DNA of 64,000 bases from an uncultured Bacteroidales bacterium (GCA_942493385.1 OW818699.1:726808-790807); one strand, 5' to 3'. Counted from the first letter of the stretch, positions 16,813-26,542 are shown. Numbers and translations: made by a program. The notes: generated by a model from the sequence alone, not told the origin.

Positions 16813-19800
16813 TTAAAATTCTAAATTAACACCGCACTGGTAAGTGATTGATGAAGGTCCATTACCATTTACAGCCGTTGTAGTAGCATACTCTGGGTCC
16901 CACCCAACATAATCGCTAGACACAAAAGGATCAATCACATTAAAATAAACCCTGAGTTTACTTATCCCAGTATTCGCAAGCATGGCTTTGCTTAGACTAT
17001 ACCCCAAAGAGATATTTTTTATTTTAATAAAAGATACTTCTCTGTAATTCATTGCCTCAGCAGAATAGTAAGGTCCGTCATAACCTGAATATGCAGGATA
17101 TTTTGCATCTACATTCTCCTCTGGAGCCGCTACAAAAGTGATGCCTGTAATTTTTCCGTCTGCATCCGTCATTGGATGTTCCCAGTCGGGTCTAGGTGCC
17201 CCCTGAGGGTAATAAAAGTCCTCTGGGTCGGCCCAGATCATTTGACTTCTTGAATTCCTCGAGATGCCATTAGCAGCAAATTGATCTCTGACAAACCTGC
17301 CATAATTTGCAATAAGGCCTAAATTAAAGTCAAAGTTTTGGAACGAAATCGACGTGTTAAAACCACTAATCCATTTTGGATCCGGAGTGCCAAGTATTAC
17401 CTTATCATCCGTAGTAATTGCCCCGTCGCCATTCGTATCAACAACCTTAGCATGTCCAGGATTTGGGTCGTAATTTGAGAATAATTGATGACCAGCGGCT
17501 GCTTGCGCTTCTGCAGTTGAAAATACCCCATTGAACTTATAGTCGTATATTACATCAATGTTCTCACCGATAAACCTTTTCTCACCTACAACATCCTCTT
17601 TTCTTCCGTAAAGCGAAACGATCGTATTCGTATTGTTGGAAAAAGTGAAGTTGGTATTCCAGCTAAAATTCCTGGTTTGAATATTTACTGTATTCAATGA
17701 GAACTCAAAACCTAGGTTTCTTACAGATCCAATATTATCATCCATCTCATTTACACCTGACTCTACAGCAAGTTTTCTTTTCATCAACAGACCATCAGAA
17801 AGCCGGTTGTAAACGTCTACGCTACCGCTAATTCTTCCCTTGAAAAAACCAAAATCCAATCCAAGATTACTTTCTTTGGTTTTTTCCCATGTTAATGCAG
17901 GATTAACCGGATTGCCGGGAATATCCCCATTAACAGCAGTTGTGCCATAATTGTAGTAAAGCAGTTTACCTGTTTGAGGACCATAGAAGGTTGCGTAGGG
18001 TAAAACATTGTTATTACCTGATTGTCCGTAGCTATATCTTAGTTTTAAATTAGACAATAAGTCGGATTTCAGGAAACTCTCCTCCGATAGTCTCCATGCA
18101 GTTGCAAAAGATTGGAACGTTGCCCATTTGCGAGCCAGTTTTGAGGATCCATCGTATCGCAACGAAGCTGTTAAGTAATATTTCCCCTGATAATCGTAAT
18201 TTAAACGGCCCAAATAGGAGGACATCATGACTTCTGAATATCCAGATTTGCAATCACCAGGCACCACCGTTCCAGAAAACAAATTGTACCATTGAGAATT
18301 ATAAGGCAAGCTTTGCGATTTCACCTGTAGCGTTTCTGTTCTAGACGAAAAGATGCTGTGCACGCCCGTTGCCTTAAAATTGTGCCCATTTAAGCTTTTT
18401 CTGTAATCAATGCTGTTATCCCAAGTAAAATCAAATATTTCTGTATTCTCCGAATATCCGGTTCGATCTAACAGCGTAGTTGCCATCTCTGAGTATTTGC
18501 CAAGTCTATCTCTTTTATATCTTGGTAGCATGTTCGTCTTGATATCCAAACCAGCAATTGGAGTATACTGAAAGTAAAATGATGCTAAAATATCATGTCT
18601 TCTGCGATTGTCACTTCCTGTTTCAATTTCCCATATGGGATTTCTGTTTCCGGTGAAGTTGGCGCCTACACCACCCATATTCTCAACCAAGCCTGGTTGA
18701 ATAAGTAAATCACCACTGTTGTTGTATATTTTAAATAAAGGAGGCATACGGAATGTATAGGTATATGCATCGGCATCGCCACCTTCAATTTCAGTCTGAC
18801 TTAAATTGGAGGTTGCGCCAAACTGCAACTTATCGGATATTTTATAAGTAAGACTAAGTTTCAGATTGTAACGTTTAAGGTTTTCTTTGATATAAATACC
18901 ATTTTCATCCTGATATCCTATGCCTACATTGAAATCCATTTTACCTGAATTGCCTGCAATATTGAGGTAATGATTTTTTTGAGTTCCATTTTGAGTGAGC
19001 GCCCCAAGCCAGTCGGTTTCATCATTCTCATAAGCTCTGCGGGCTGCTTCCGGATTCTGCATATAAACACCCGTCGGTACAATTTTCCAATCTGCCATTC
19101 CATTGTCACCAGCTCCCTTGGCATATTGCAAATATGCATGTGAGCGGTAATCAAACCAGGCTCGGCTGGAGTATTGTTGAGGTAGACGTGCAGGCGTTTT
19201 TACTCCATAATAACCGTTGTAAGATATTACAGTCTTATTTTTAAAGCCTCCAGTTAGGCCAGATTTGGTTGTTACAATTACCACACCATTCGAACCTCTC
19301 GAACCATAAATAGCTGTTGAAGAAGCATCCTTTAAGATATCCACCTTAACAATATCCTGTGGATTAATAAAACTAATGTCATTTGTCACAATTCCGTCCA
19401 CCACATAAAGGGGAGGACTTCCACCTGCGTTGAATGTATTTAGACCACGAATCTGAATATTAAAATCCCCTCCTGGTCTGGATGACGATTGGGTGATATT
19501 AACACCAGCAATGGTTCCCTGCATTGATCCAAGAACACCACTTGCTCCTCGCGTAATTAACGTTTCTGCATCAACCGAACCAACTGAACCTGTCAGGTCT
19601 TTCTTTTTAGCTTTGCCATAACCAATGGCAATAACTTCTTCAAGACCAATGTTGTCTTCTTCAAGAACAATTCTGAGGTTTGTTTTACCTTTGGCATCAA
19701 CTTCCTGTGTTTTCAATCCAAGAAATGAAAACTGAAGTGTCGCATTTTCAGGAACAGTACTGAATCTAAAATTTCCGTTTGCGTCTGTAATTGTTCTGAT

Positions 19801-19962
19801 TGCAGAGCCTTTTACGACTACAGTTGCCCCCGGAATCGGAGCATTTGACTGATCAACTACCACACCTGAAACATTCTGTGCAAGGAGCTGGGCTCCAGAA
19901 AGAATGATCACCAGTGACAAAAGAAAAGCCTTTTTTAATAAAACTTGTGTCATTTTCATCAT
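16813..19962 (-). CDS. SusC/RagA-family TonB-dependent outer-membrane transporter
   Basis: 1049 aa with a signal peptide and a carboxypeptidase-regulatory-like domain (VSGVVVDQSNAPIPGATVVVKG). It has plug and barrel regions, and the C-terminus ends in GVNLEF. Confidence 0.9.
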   Translation of the reverse strand: MMKMTQVLLKKAFLLSLVIILSGAQLLAQNVSGVVVDQSNAPIPGATVVVKGSAIRTITDANGNFRFSTVPENATLQFSFLGLKTQEVDAKGKTNLRIVLEEDNIGLEEVIAIGYGKAKKKDLTGSVGSVDAETLITRGASGVLGSMQGTIAGVNITQSSSRPGGDFNIQIRGLNTFNAGGSPPLYVVDGIVTNDISFINPQDIVKVDILKDASSTAIYGSRGSNGVVIVTTKSGLTGGFKNKTVISYNGYYGVKTPARLPQQYSSRAWFDYRSHAYLQYAKGAGDNGMADWKIVPTGVYMQNPEAARRAYENDETDWLGALTQNGTQKNHYLNIAGNSGKMDFNVGIGYQDENGIYIKENLKRYNLKLSLTYKISDKLQFGATSNLSQTEIEGGDADAYTYTFRMPPLFKIYNNSGDLLIQPGLVENMGGVGANFTGNRNPIWEIETGSDNRRRHDILASFYFQYTPIAGLDIKTNMLPRYKRDRLGKYSEMATTLLDRTGYSENTEIFDFTWDNSIDYRKSLNGHNFKATGVHSIFSSRTETLQVKSQSLPYNSQWYNLFSGTVVPGDCKSGYSEVMMSSYLGRLNYDYQGKYYLTASLRYDGSSKLARKWATFQSFATAWRLSEESFLKSDLLSNLKLRYSYGQSGNNNVLPYATFYGPQTGKLLYYNYGTTAVNGDIPGNPVNPALTWEKTKESNLGLDFGFFKGRISGSVDVYNRLSDGLLMKRKLAVESGVNEMDDNIGSVRNLGFEFSLNTVNIQTRNFSWNTNFTFSNNTNTIVSLYGRKEDVVGEKRFIGENIDVIYDYKFNGVFSTAEAQAAAGHQLFSNYDPNPGHAKVVDTNGDGAITTDDKVILGTPDPKWISGFNTSISFQNFDFNLGLIANYGRFVRDQFAANGISRNSRSQMIWADPEDFYYPQGAPRPDWEHPMTDADGKITGITFVAAPEENVDAKYPAYSGYDGPYYSAEAMNYREVSFIKIKNISLGYSLSKAMLANTGISKLRVYFNVIDPFVSSDYVGWDPEYATTTAVNGNGPSSITYQCGVNLEF

Positions 19963-20083
19963 AGATAATTGTTAAGGTTAATAATTTGGAAAGTATAATT
20001 CGAAGGGAGAGTCGAATTTGATACATTAGATTTAAAAGGGTAGATGTAAATCTAAATAGAAGTTAATGAAAGCAGTAACTCTC

Positions 20084-20160
20084 TTTTCCCAAAGAGCGAG
20101 ACAGGTTTCCCATCTATTGGGATTCTTCCCAAAACATGGTCAATTTTTCCCAAATGGGAA
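20084..20160 (-). promoter_or_regulatory. Four phased direct repeats (TTTGGGAAAA in susC sense) plus two inverted half-sites; candidate HTCS operator
   Basis: The plus-strand 10-mers are TTTTCCCAAA (20084), GTTTCCCATC (20105), TCTTCCCAAA (20124) and TTTTCCCAAA (20145), spaced 21/19/21 bp. Inverted TGGGA sits at 20118-20122 and TGGGAA at 20155-20160. Confidence 0.4.
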
Positions 20161-20188
20161 TGCAAGTGTTTTCGAGGGTCTTGAGATC

Positions 20189-23100
20189 TTACTCGTTGAC
20201 TAAACTGTTTTTGTATTCTTTGGCACTGATTCCATATACCTGCCTAAAGCATTTGCCAAAATGTGAAACATCCTTGAAACCAACGGCATAAGCAATCTCG
20301 GTAATATTCATGCTGTCCTGAATCAGAAGTTGAGCTGCCCGTTTGAGTCGAATGTTCCGAATGAATTCCTTGACAGTCATGTCTGTCAAGGCATGTAATT
20401 TCCTGTAAAGCTGCATGCGACTCAAGCCTACTTCCACGGCGAACTTCTCGATATCGAGTTCGCTGTCGCTGATATGAATCTCTACCACATCGATGGCTTT
20501 TTGTAGGAATTTTTGATCGGGCGACGCGATCAAAATGTTCTTTGGCTGAAGTGTGACTTCGGCCGAGAATTTCTCTTTGTATGAATCACGAATTGAGATG
20601 ATGTTTTCAATTTTAGACTGTAGAATGGTCAGATCGAAGGGCTTGGTGATGTAATCGTCGGCGCCGTTCTCCAAACCTTTGATGATGTGCTCCTTTGAAT
20701 GAAGGGCCGTCAAAAGTAAAAATGGGATGTGAGACGTCCGCTCATCGTTCTTGACTTTTTTGCAGAAATCAAAGCCATTCATTTCTGCCATTAACACGTC
20801 GCTGATAATGACGTCAGGGACGATTTTCAATGTCATAATCCATCCTTCTTTGCCATTTTCGGCTTCGTACACATGAAAACTGTCGTTGAAATGGTTCTTG
20901 ATGAGTAACCGGACGTCCGAATTGTCTTCGACTATTAACAAGATGCGTTCCAATTCTGAGTTTAGGAACGTTTCTTCATCTGCGAAACTGTTTGGTACGG
21001 AGGTATTTGCCCGCTGGATTTCCTTTTTATACGGTATTCTAAAGGCGAATTTGCTTCCAATGCCTATTTTGCTTTCAACAAATAGTTCACCATGATGTAG
21101 TTTTACAAGTTCGTTGGCAAAGGATAATCCGATTCCGGTACCAGTATGTTCGTTTTTGCTTTCTATCTGGTAGAACGGGTCAAATATTTTTGATAGGTGA
21201 TTTTCTGAGATACCTATCCCCGTGTCGGTGACCGAAATCTCAATCCATTCGAGCGAGGCCGTTTCATCGGTAGTGGCTTCGACATTCGTATCAAACGCCA
21301 ATGTCAGATGAACGGTTATTCGACCATTTTTTTCCGTGAACTTGATGGCGTTGGAGAGTAGGTTGTTCAATATCATCCCAATCTTATCAGCGTCGTATTG
21401 TGCTATCAAACTCTCTTGAAAGCAGTTGAATGTCATGGAAATACTTTTCTCTTTAGCGATACTTACGTATGAGTTTACACTTTCGGAAACAAGTTGTACA
21501 ATGTCGCCCTGCAAGAGTTCAAGCTTCAAGCCGCCAGAATCCAACTTGCGGAAATCGAGCAATTGATTGATCAGTTTGTTAAGGTCTTTGGTGTTTTTAT
21601 ACATCATATCCACATAGGAACTGATCTCTTCGGGCTTGCAGTCTTTAGAATGCAGTTTCTCCAGGGGCGTTAGAATTAGTGTGAGCGGAGTCCTGATTTC
21701 GTGTGAGATGTTGGTGAAAAATTTTAGTTTCAAGTTGTTTAACTCATTCAACTTATTGGTACGCATGCGCTCAATGACCAATTCCATTTTGGTTTTCTTG
21801 CGGTTGATGTATGAATGTATGATATAGATGGTGAACCATCCCAAACCAATAATTACCAAAAACAAAAACCAGTATGTTCTCCAAAATGGTGGGGTTACTT
21901 TGATGATAAGTTCGCGAATGTTGTCCGTTTGTCGCTCTCCATTAATGACACTGCATATTTTCAGCACATAATATCCGGGATCAATATTGGTATAAGAGGC
22001 TATTCTGTTGATGGATGGGTCACTCCATTCCTCGTCCAAACCCTCTAGGTAATAACTATATTGGTTGCTCTCACTGGATGTAAAATTGAGGGATGCGAAT
22101 TCAACGGAAAAGGCATTTTGCTTGTATCCCAAAGTCAGAAGATCGGTCACACTGATGCTTTTTTTAAGGATGTTGTTTTCGTGGGACCCTGTTTCAATTT
22201 TTCTGTTCAATACTTTCAACTCCGTAATAACCAAAGGTGTTTGATGCTTTTCGACCACTATTTCGGAAGGATTGAAATGTGTAAATCCGGAAATGCCACC
22301 AAAAAACAATTCACCATCCGTAGATTTAAAGGCTGCTCCATAATTGAAGTTGCTGTTTTGAATTCCATCCTTCTTGTTGTATTTTAACATCGAATGGTTT
22401 TCGGGGTCAAAACACATCAATCCATCGGACGAACTGATCCAAAGTTTTTGATCATTGTCTTCCAGGACATTTAGGAACTGATTGTGGGCCAAACCTGCTT
22501 CATTGCGGTAATGAGCTATAGCACCATCGTTAATGGAGTACTCGGCCAAACCCTTGTCGAAAGACGTTATCCAATAACGGCCTTTGCTGTCTTCCAAAAA
22601 TGAAAAGGTGTATTCCTTGTGTCGATTAATTTTTTTTGTAACAGTGTTGTAGATGATGACTTCGCTGTTGCTACCCATCCAAATGTTGTTGTGAGAGTCT
22701 TTGTCTATCCAATTAATGCGCTCTTTTCCTGATAATTCCGGACAATGTACAAAGCTGTCAGAGGTGGAATCATACTTGTCGACACCAGAAGATGTAGCAA
22801 TCCAGATTGTTCCTTGACTATCTTGAGTGAAGTCCCAAACATCGTTTGAAACCAGTGTTGATGGTATTGTCGGATTGTTTCGATAATGTCTGATTCTTTT
22901 GTTTTGTAGATTCATGACATCGATTCCTCCATGAAACGTGCCTATCCAAAGGTTCCCTTTTTTATCTTCCAAAAAAGCTTTGATGCAGTTTTCCGAAAGG
23001 CTGTTTGTATTACCTTTTTCATTGATGATGTACTGATACGATTGAGTTGATGGATTATAGATGTTTATCCCACCGTCTTCAGTACCGATCCAGATGTTTT

Positions 23101-24211
23101 TGGCCTTGTCCATCCATAGAGCATAGACCGACTCGCTGTTCAAATATTTCCCCGATTTATCGGAAGGATGCGCCTCATAATTACTGAATACTTGCTTGCT
23201 TCTTGCACACAAACTAAGTCCTTGACGCGTTCCTATCCACATGTCTCCGTTTCTGTCGCGAAAAACAGTATTTACGGAGTTGTCCTTCAGACTTTGCTGC
23301 TCCCGTTCGTCATGTACATAGTGGGTCATCATTCCAGATGCCTTGTTATAAATGTACAATCCTCCTCGAGTACCAATCCAGAAAATGCCAGGCTTGTCTT
23401 CTGTCACCTTGCGAACTGCTTTTGATCGTTCAGCAAATGGAAAGAAGACTATCGGCTTAACCTCCAACGTTTTTGTGTTTACGAGGAAGGCACCCATGGA
23501 CCCGGTCGTAACCCACATGTCTCCATCAGAATCAAGCACCAGATCCATAATGTTGTAGATGTTTCCAATTTTAGTTTTCGTCTCAAATCGTCTGATGGTA
23601 TTCTTCTTGAAGTCTAGCAAGTAGAGGTCCCCGGAGGTGCCAATCCACAATCTGCCACTGCGATCGAACTCCAATTTTTTTACAGCAATGGAACGATCGT
23701 TCTCATATATGGCATATTTCGTGACGCGATTGGACGGGTCTATCTTCAAAACGTATCCACGAGTACCTAGCCATAAGTTGCCGTTTTTGTCTTCTTCAAT
23801 ATCAAGAACGGTTTGCATGATGGAGGAACAAGTCGGATTGTTCTTAAAGGGTTGCTCAAAAGTTTCTGTTTCGCGTCGGTATACATTTAAGCCTCCGTTC
23901 TCTGTCCCAACCCAAAGGTTTCCTTTTCGATCCGTAAGGATAGTTCGAACCAGAAGTCCCTTAATACTAATGGAGTCGTTTGTAGAAGGGAGAAAATTCT
24001 TGAAGCGATATCCGTCAAATCGGCTTAATCCTCGGTTGGTCCCAATCCATATCCATCCGTCCAAATCTTGATTTATGCACAAGATCTGATTGAATGGCAA
24101 ACCTGTTTCTTGACTGTAGGAATCGAACCACATTTTTTTTGCAGAAACCCCCGATCCGATTGCCGAAATCAAAAGCAGAAAGATTATCAGATGTTTAATT
24201 AGGTTTCTCAT
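20189..24211 (-). CDS. Hybrid two-component system (HTCS) sensor kinase/response regulator with AraC-type DNA-binding domain
   Basis: The ORF-track start at 24220 is TTG; there is an ATG at 24211 (MRNLIKH). It has periplasmic propeller repeats, one TM (WFLFLVIIGLGWFTIYIIH), HisKA (FFTNISHEIRTPLTLI), HATPase, REC (LLIVEDNSDVR) and a C-terminal AraC HTH. Confidence 0.9.
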   Translation of the reverse strand: MRNLIKHLIIFLLLISAIGSGVSAKKMWFDSYSQETGLPFNQILCINQDLDGWIWIGTNRGLSRFDGYRFKNFLPSTNDSISIKGLLVRTILTDRKGNLWVGTENGGLNVYRRETETFEQPFKNNPTCSSIMQTVLDIEEDKNGNLWLGTRGYVLKIDPSNRVTKYAIYENDRSIAVKKLEFDRSGRLWIGTSGDLYLLDFKKNTIRRFETKTKIGNIYNIMDLVLDSDGDMWVTTGSMGAFLVNTKTLEVKPIVFFPFAERSKAVRKVTEDKPGIFWIGTRGGLYIYNKASGMMTHYVHDEREQQSLKDNSVNTVFRDRNGDMWIGTRQGLSLCARSKQVFSNYEAHPSDKSGKYLNSESVYALWMDKAKNIWIGTEDGGINIYNPSTQSYQYIINEKGNTNSLSENCIKAFLEDKKGNLWIGTFHGGIDVMNLQNKRIRHYRNNPTIPSTLVSNDVWDFTQDSQGTIWIATSSGVDKYDSTSDSFVHCPELSGKERINWIDKDSHNNIWMGSNSEVIIYNTVTKKINRHKEYTFSFLEDSKGRYWITSFDKGLAEYSINDGAIAHYRNEAGLAHNQFLNVLEDNDQKLWISSSDGLMCFDPENHSMLKYNKKDGIQNSNFNYGAAFKSTDGELFFGGISGFTHFNPSEIVVEKHQTPLVITELKVLNRKIETGSHENNILKKSISVTDLLTLGYKQNAFSVEFASLNFTSSESNQYSYYLEGLDEEWSDPSINRIASYTNIDPGYYVLKICSVINGERQTDNIRELIIKVTPPFWRTYWFLFLVIIGLGWFTIYIIHSYINRKKTKMELVIERMRTNKLNELNNLKLKFFTNISHEIRTPLTLILTPLEKLHSKDCKPEEISSYVDMMYKNTKDLNKLINQLLDFRKLDSGGLKLELLQGDIVQLVSESVNSYVSIAKEKSISMTFNCFQESLIAQYDADKIGMILNNLLSNAIKFTEKNGRITVHLTLAFDTNVEATTDETASLEWIEISVTDTGIGISENHLSKIFDPFYQIESKNEHTGTGIGLSFANELVKLHHGELFVESKIGIGSKFAFRIPYKKEIQRANTSVPNSFADEETFLNSELERILLIVEDNSDVRLLIKNHFNDSFHVYEAENGKEGWIMTLKIVPDVIISDVLMAEMNGFDFCKKVKNDERTSHIPFLLLTALHSKEHIIKGLENGADDYITKPFDLTILQSKIENIISIRDSYKEKFSAEVTLQPKNILIASPDQKFLQKAIDVVEIHISDSELDIEKFAVEVGLSRMQLYRKLHALTDMTVKEFIRNIRLKRAAQLLIQDSMNITEIAYAVGFKDVSHFGKCFRQVYGISAKEYKNSLVNE

Positions 24212-24425
24212 GGTGCACAAATTTATTCCTTTTTTTCATTTTTTTTTAGATTGCCTATGATCTCTTCGGAAAAGTAGTATTATTTAGTCCTTTTACCTTC
24301 AGGTGCAGTACCTTATCGGCACCATATGCAAACAGGTGGAAAAGGTTCCTGTCAGATCGGGTCTGAATTCTGTTCTTAGTTACAATTATTATTCATAGAT
24401 TTACCCTGAGATTAAAGGCATCAAG

Positions 24426-25724
24426 ATGGAGGGTGAAACGAGTATGTTTAAAAGTGCACAGGAATTTTGGTATCCCTTGGATAATGCAGCCAAAATCTAT
24501 CCGGCCATCACAAACGATGAAGTCACCTCTGTTTTTCGAATTTCGGCAAATTTAAAGCAAAGAGTCAACGTCCGAATTCTTTTCAAGGCAGTACGTGCCA
24601 TCGAGTCGCGTTTTCCCTACTATAAGGTTCTTCTGAAAAATGGTTTTTTCTGGTATTACCTGGAATCAGCCAATTTTTTGACTACTGTTGAAGTCGATAC
24701 AAAAGTGACCTGCCGACGGTTTCGCAAAAAAGTACCCCTTTTCAGAGTGTTGGCTACCGACAACAAACTCAGTATCGAGTTTTCCCACATGTTGGCAGAT
24801 GGTGGAGGTGCTTTTGAGTATTTCAAAACCTTGCTGGTAAATTATTTTGAATTGACAGGTGTCGAAATACCATCCGATTTCAAGTATCTCAACGTGGATT
24901 CAACCCCTAATCCGGAAGAGTTTGAGGATGCCTATAACCGGTATTTCCAAGAAGATATTCCAGCTTTGGAAAAACGACCAAGCGCATTCCATTTGCCTTT
25001 CGCGCTCCGAAATGTACCCCGGTTTGATGTGCTATATGCCATTTTTTCATCCTCCGAACTAAAGGTCAAAGCCAAAGAAAAAGGTGTTAGCATAACGGAG
25101 TACCTCACTGCTGTTTACTTTTCAGTACTTCAGGACATCTATGAAAATTTGCCTGCCGGAAGCAGACACCGAAGGCGCAAAAAAATAGCCATTGAGGTGC
25201 CGTTAAATCTAAGGAAGTTGTACCCTTCGGCAACCATGCGAAACTTTACGTTGTTTGTCATGCCTGAAATCGATTTGAGATTGGGACATTATACGTTCGA
25301 TGAAATTTTGAAGACTGTATACCATCAAATGCGCATGGAAACAGATAAGAAACAGGTAAACAAGATCCTGTCACTTAATGTAGGTGGTGAACGCAACATT
25401 CTGGTAAGAAGCATTCCACTCTTTGTGAAAAGCGTTTTTATGAGATACCTTTATTATGCGATGGGTAGTACTCAATACAGTGGAACCTTTACCAATATGG
25501 GATCCGTTCAACTTCCTGATCAAATAGCTGAACAAATAGATTGCCTCCTGTTAACTCCGCCACCTCCCAATAAACTGATAAAAATGGGCTGTGGCGTTAT
25601 TGCTTTGAACGATAAGCTGGTGATCTGTTTCGGCGGAATTGTAAAAACGAAGGAGTTCGAGAAGAGATATATTGAATTCCTTGTCAAAGAAGGACTTCAT
25701 ATAAAAATAACCACCAATAAATAA
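24426..25724 (+). CDS. Uncharacterised HxxxD(G)-motif acyltransferase-like protein (condensation/alcohol-acetyltransferase/PapA5-like superfamily)
   Basis: 432 aa with no signal peptide. The N-terminus reads WYPLDNAAKIYPA. The motif SHMLADGGG (H121, D125, G126; nt 24786-24803) sits where the catalytic HHxxxDG lies in this superfamily. Confidence 0.55.
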   Translation: MEGETSMFKSAQEFWYPLDNAAKIYPAITNDEVTSVFRISANLKQRVNVRILFKAVRAIESRFPYYKVLLKNGFFWYYLESANFLTTVEVDTKVTCRRFRKKVPLFRVLATDNKLSIEFSHMLADGGGAFEYFKTLLVNYFELTGVEIPSDFKYLNVDSTPNPEEFEDAYNRYFQEDIPALEKRPSAFHLPFALRNVPRFDVLYAIFSSSELKVKAKEKGVSITEYLTAVYFSVLQDIYENLPAGSRHRRRKKIAIEVPLNLRKLYPSATMRNFTLFVMPEIDLRLGHYTFDEILKTVYHQMRMETDKKQVNKILSLNVGGERNILVRSIPLFVKSVFMRYLYYAMGSTQYSGTFTNMGSVQLPDQIAEQIDCLLLTPPPPNKLIKMGCGVIALNDKLVICFGGIVKTKEFEKRYIEFLVKEGLHIKITTNK

Positions 25725-25729
25725 ACAAA

Positions 25730-26455
25730 ATGAACGTTTGTAATTATTGCGGAGTAGAACTGGATGCTGAAATGAATTTCTGCCCGTTATGCGGTCACAA
25801 AAGAAACACGCCAGTTGTTTCGAGTCGCAAAGACTCCAACAAGAAGGAACCTATTGAGCCCAAAACGGTGGCTTACAATTTTGAAGATCTGACTCAGAGC
25901 CAGCAACGGAAAGTTGTTTGGGAATTGGCAGCTTTTGTGTTGGTTTCGATTTCTGTCATTACACTGATTATAGACTTGCTTATATCCAGGCAAGTCACTT
26001 GGTCCAAATACCCGATGACCATTGGGCTCATTCTGTTGATAGACATCTCCTTGATCCTGTTTTTTCAGAAGCAGTTCTTCCTTCTTTTCTCAGGCTGTTT
26101 TGTCAGTACTTCCCTGTTGCTGTTCTTGCTTGACTTATACAATAACAACCTTTTTACTGGATTAAAATTGGGGATACCCATCATATTCTTTATTTGCCTG
26201 GTCATTTTCCTACTAGCCATTTTGATTCGAAAATCGAAACAAAAAGGGATCAACATCATTGCTTATTCCTTGGTTGCAGCTGGAATGATATGCATGTGTA
26301 TTGAAGGCATCATTACGTTGCACACCCAAAACCAGTTGAAATTGCAGTGGAGCCTGATCGTGCTAATTTCAGTATTGCCGGTTTCTGCCATACTTCTTTA
26401 TATACATTACAGGCTGAAAAGGGTAACCAATTTAAAAAAGGCGTTCCATATTTAG
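25730..26455 (+). CDS. Zinc-ribbon (CxxC-x10-CxxC) N-terminal domain protein with about six transmembrane helices
   Basis: 241 aa. MNVCNYCGVELDAEMNFCPLCGH is followed by a ~45-aa linker and six hydrophobic stretches. The gene starts 5 nt after the acyltransferase-like gene. Confidence 0.6.
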   Translation: MNVCNYCGVELDAEMNFCPLCGHKRNTPVVSSRKDSNKKEPIEPKTVAYNFEDLTQSQQRKVVWELAAFVLVSISVITLIIDLLISRQVTWSKYPMTIGLILLIDISLILFFQKQFFLLFSGCFVSTSLLLFLLDLYNNNLFTGLKLGIPIIFFICLVIFLLAILIRKSKQKGINIIAYSLVAAGMICMCIEGIITLHTQNQLKLQWSLIVLISVLPVSAILLYIHYRLKRVTNLKKAFHI

Positions 26456-26542
26456 AATTTTTTCTGATATTATTGTACTATCGTGGTACAATTTGAGGGC
26501 TCCAGCATATTGACTTTGTGCTGATTATGAAAATTATACGTG

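Noticed and set aside
24285-24350. Possible structured leader (GGTGC...GCACC, CCTTTTACC...GGTGGAAAAGG, duplicated CAGGTG) between the HTCS gene and the acyltransferase-like gene
   Set aside because: The stems are short and imperfect, and I recognise no riboswitch core. It cannot be distinguished from chance without covariation data.
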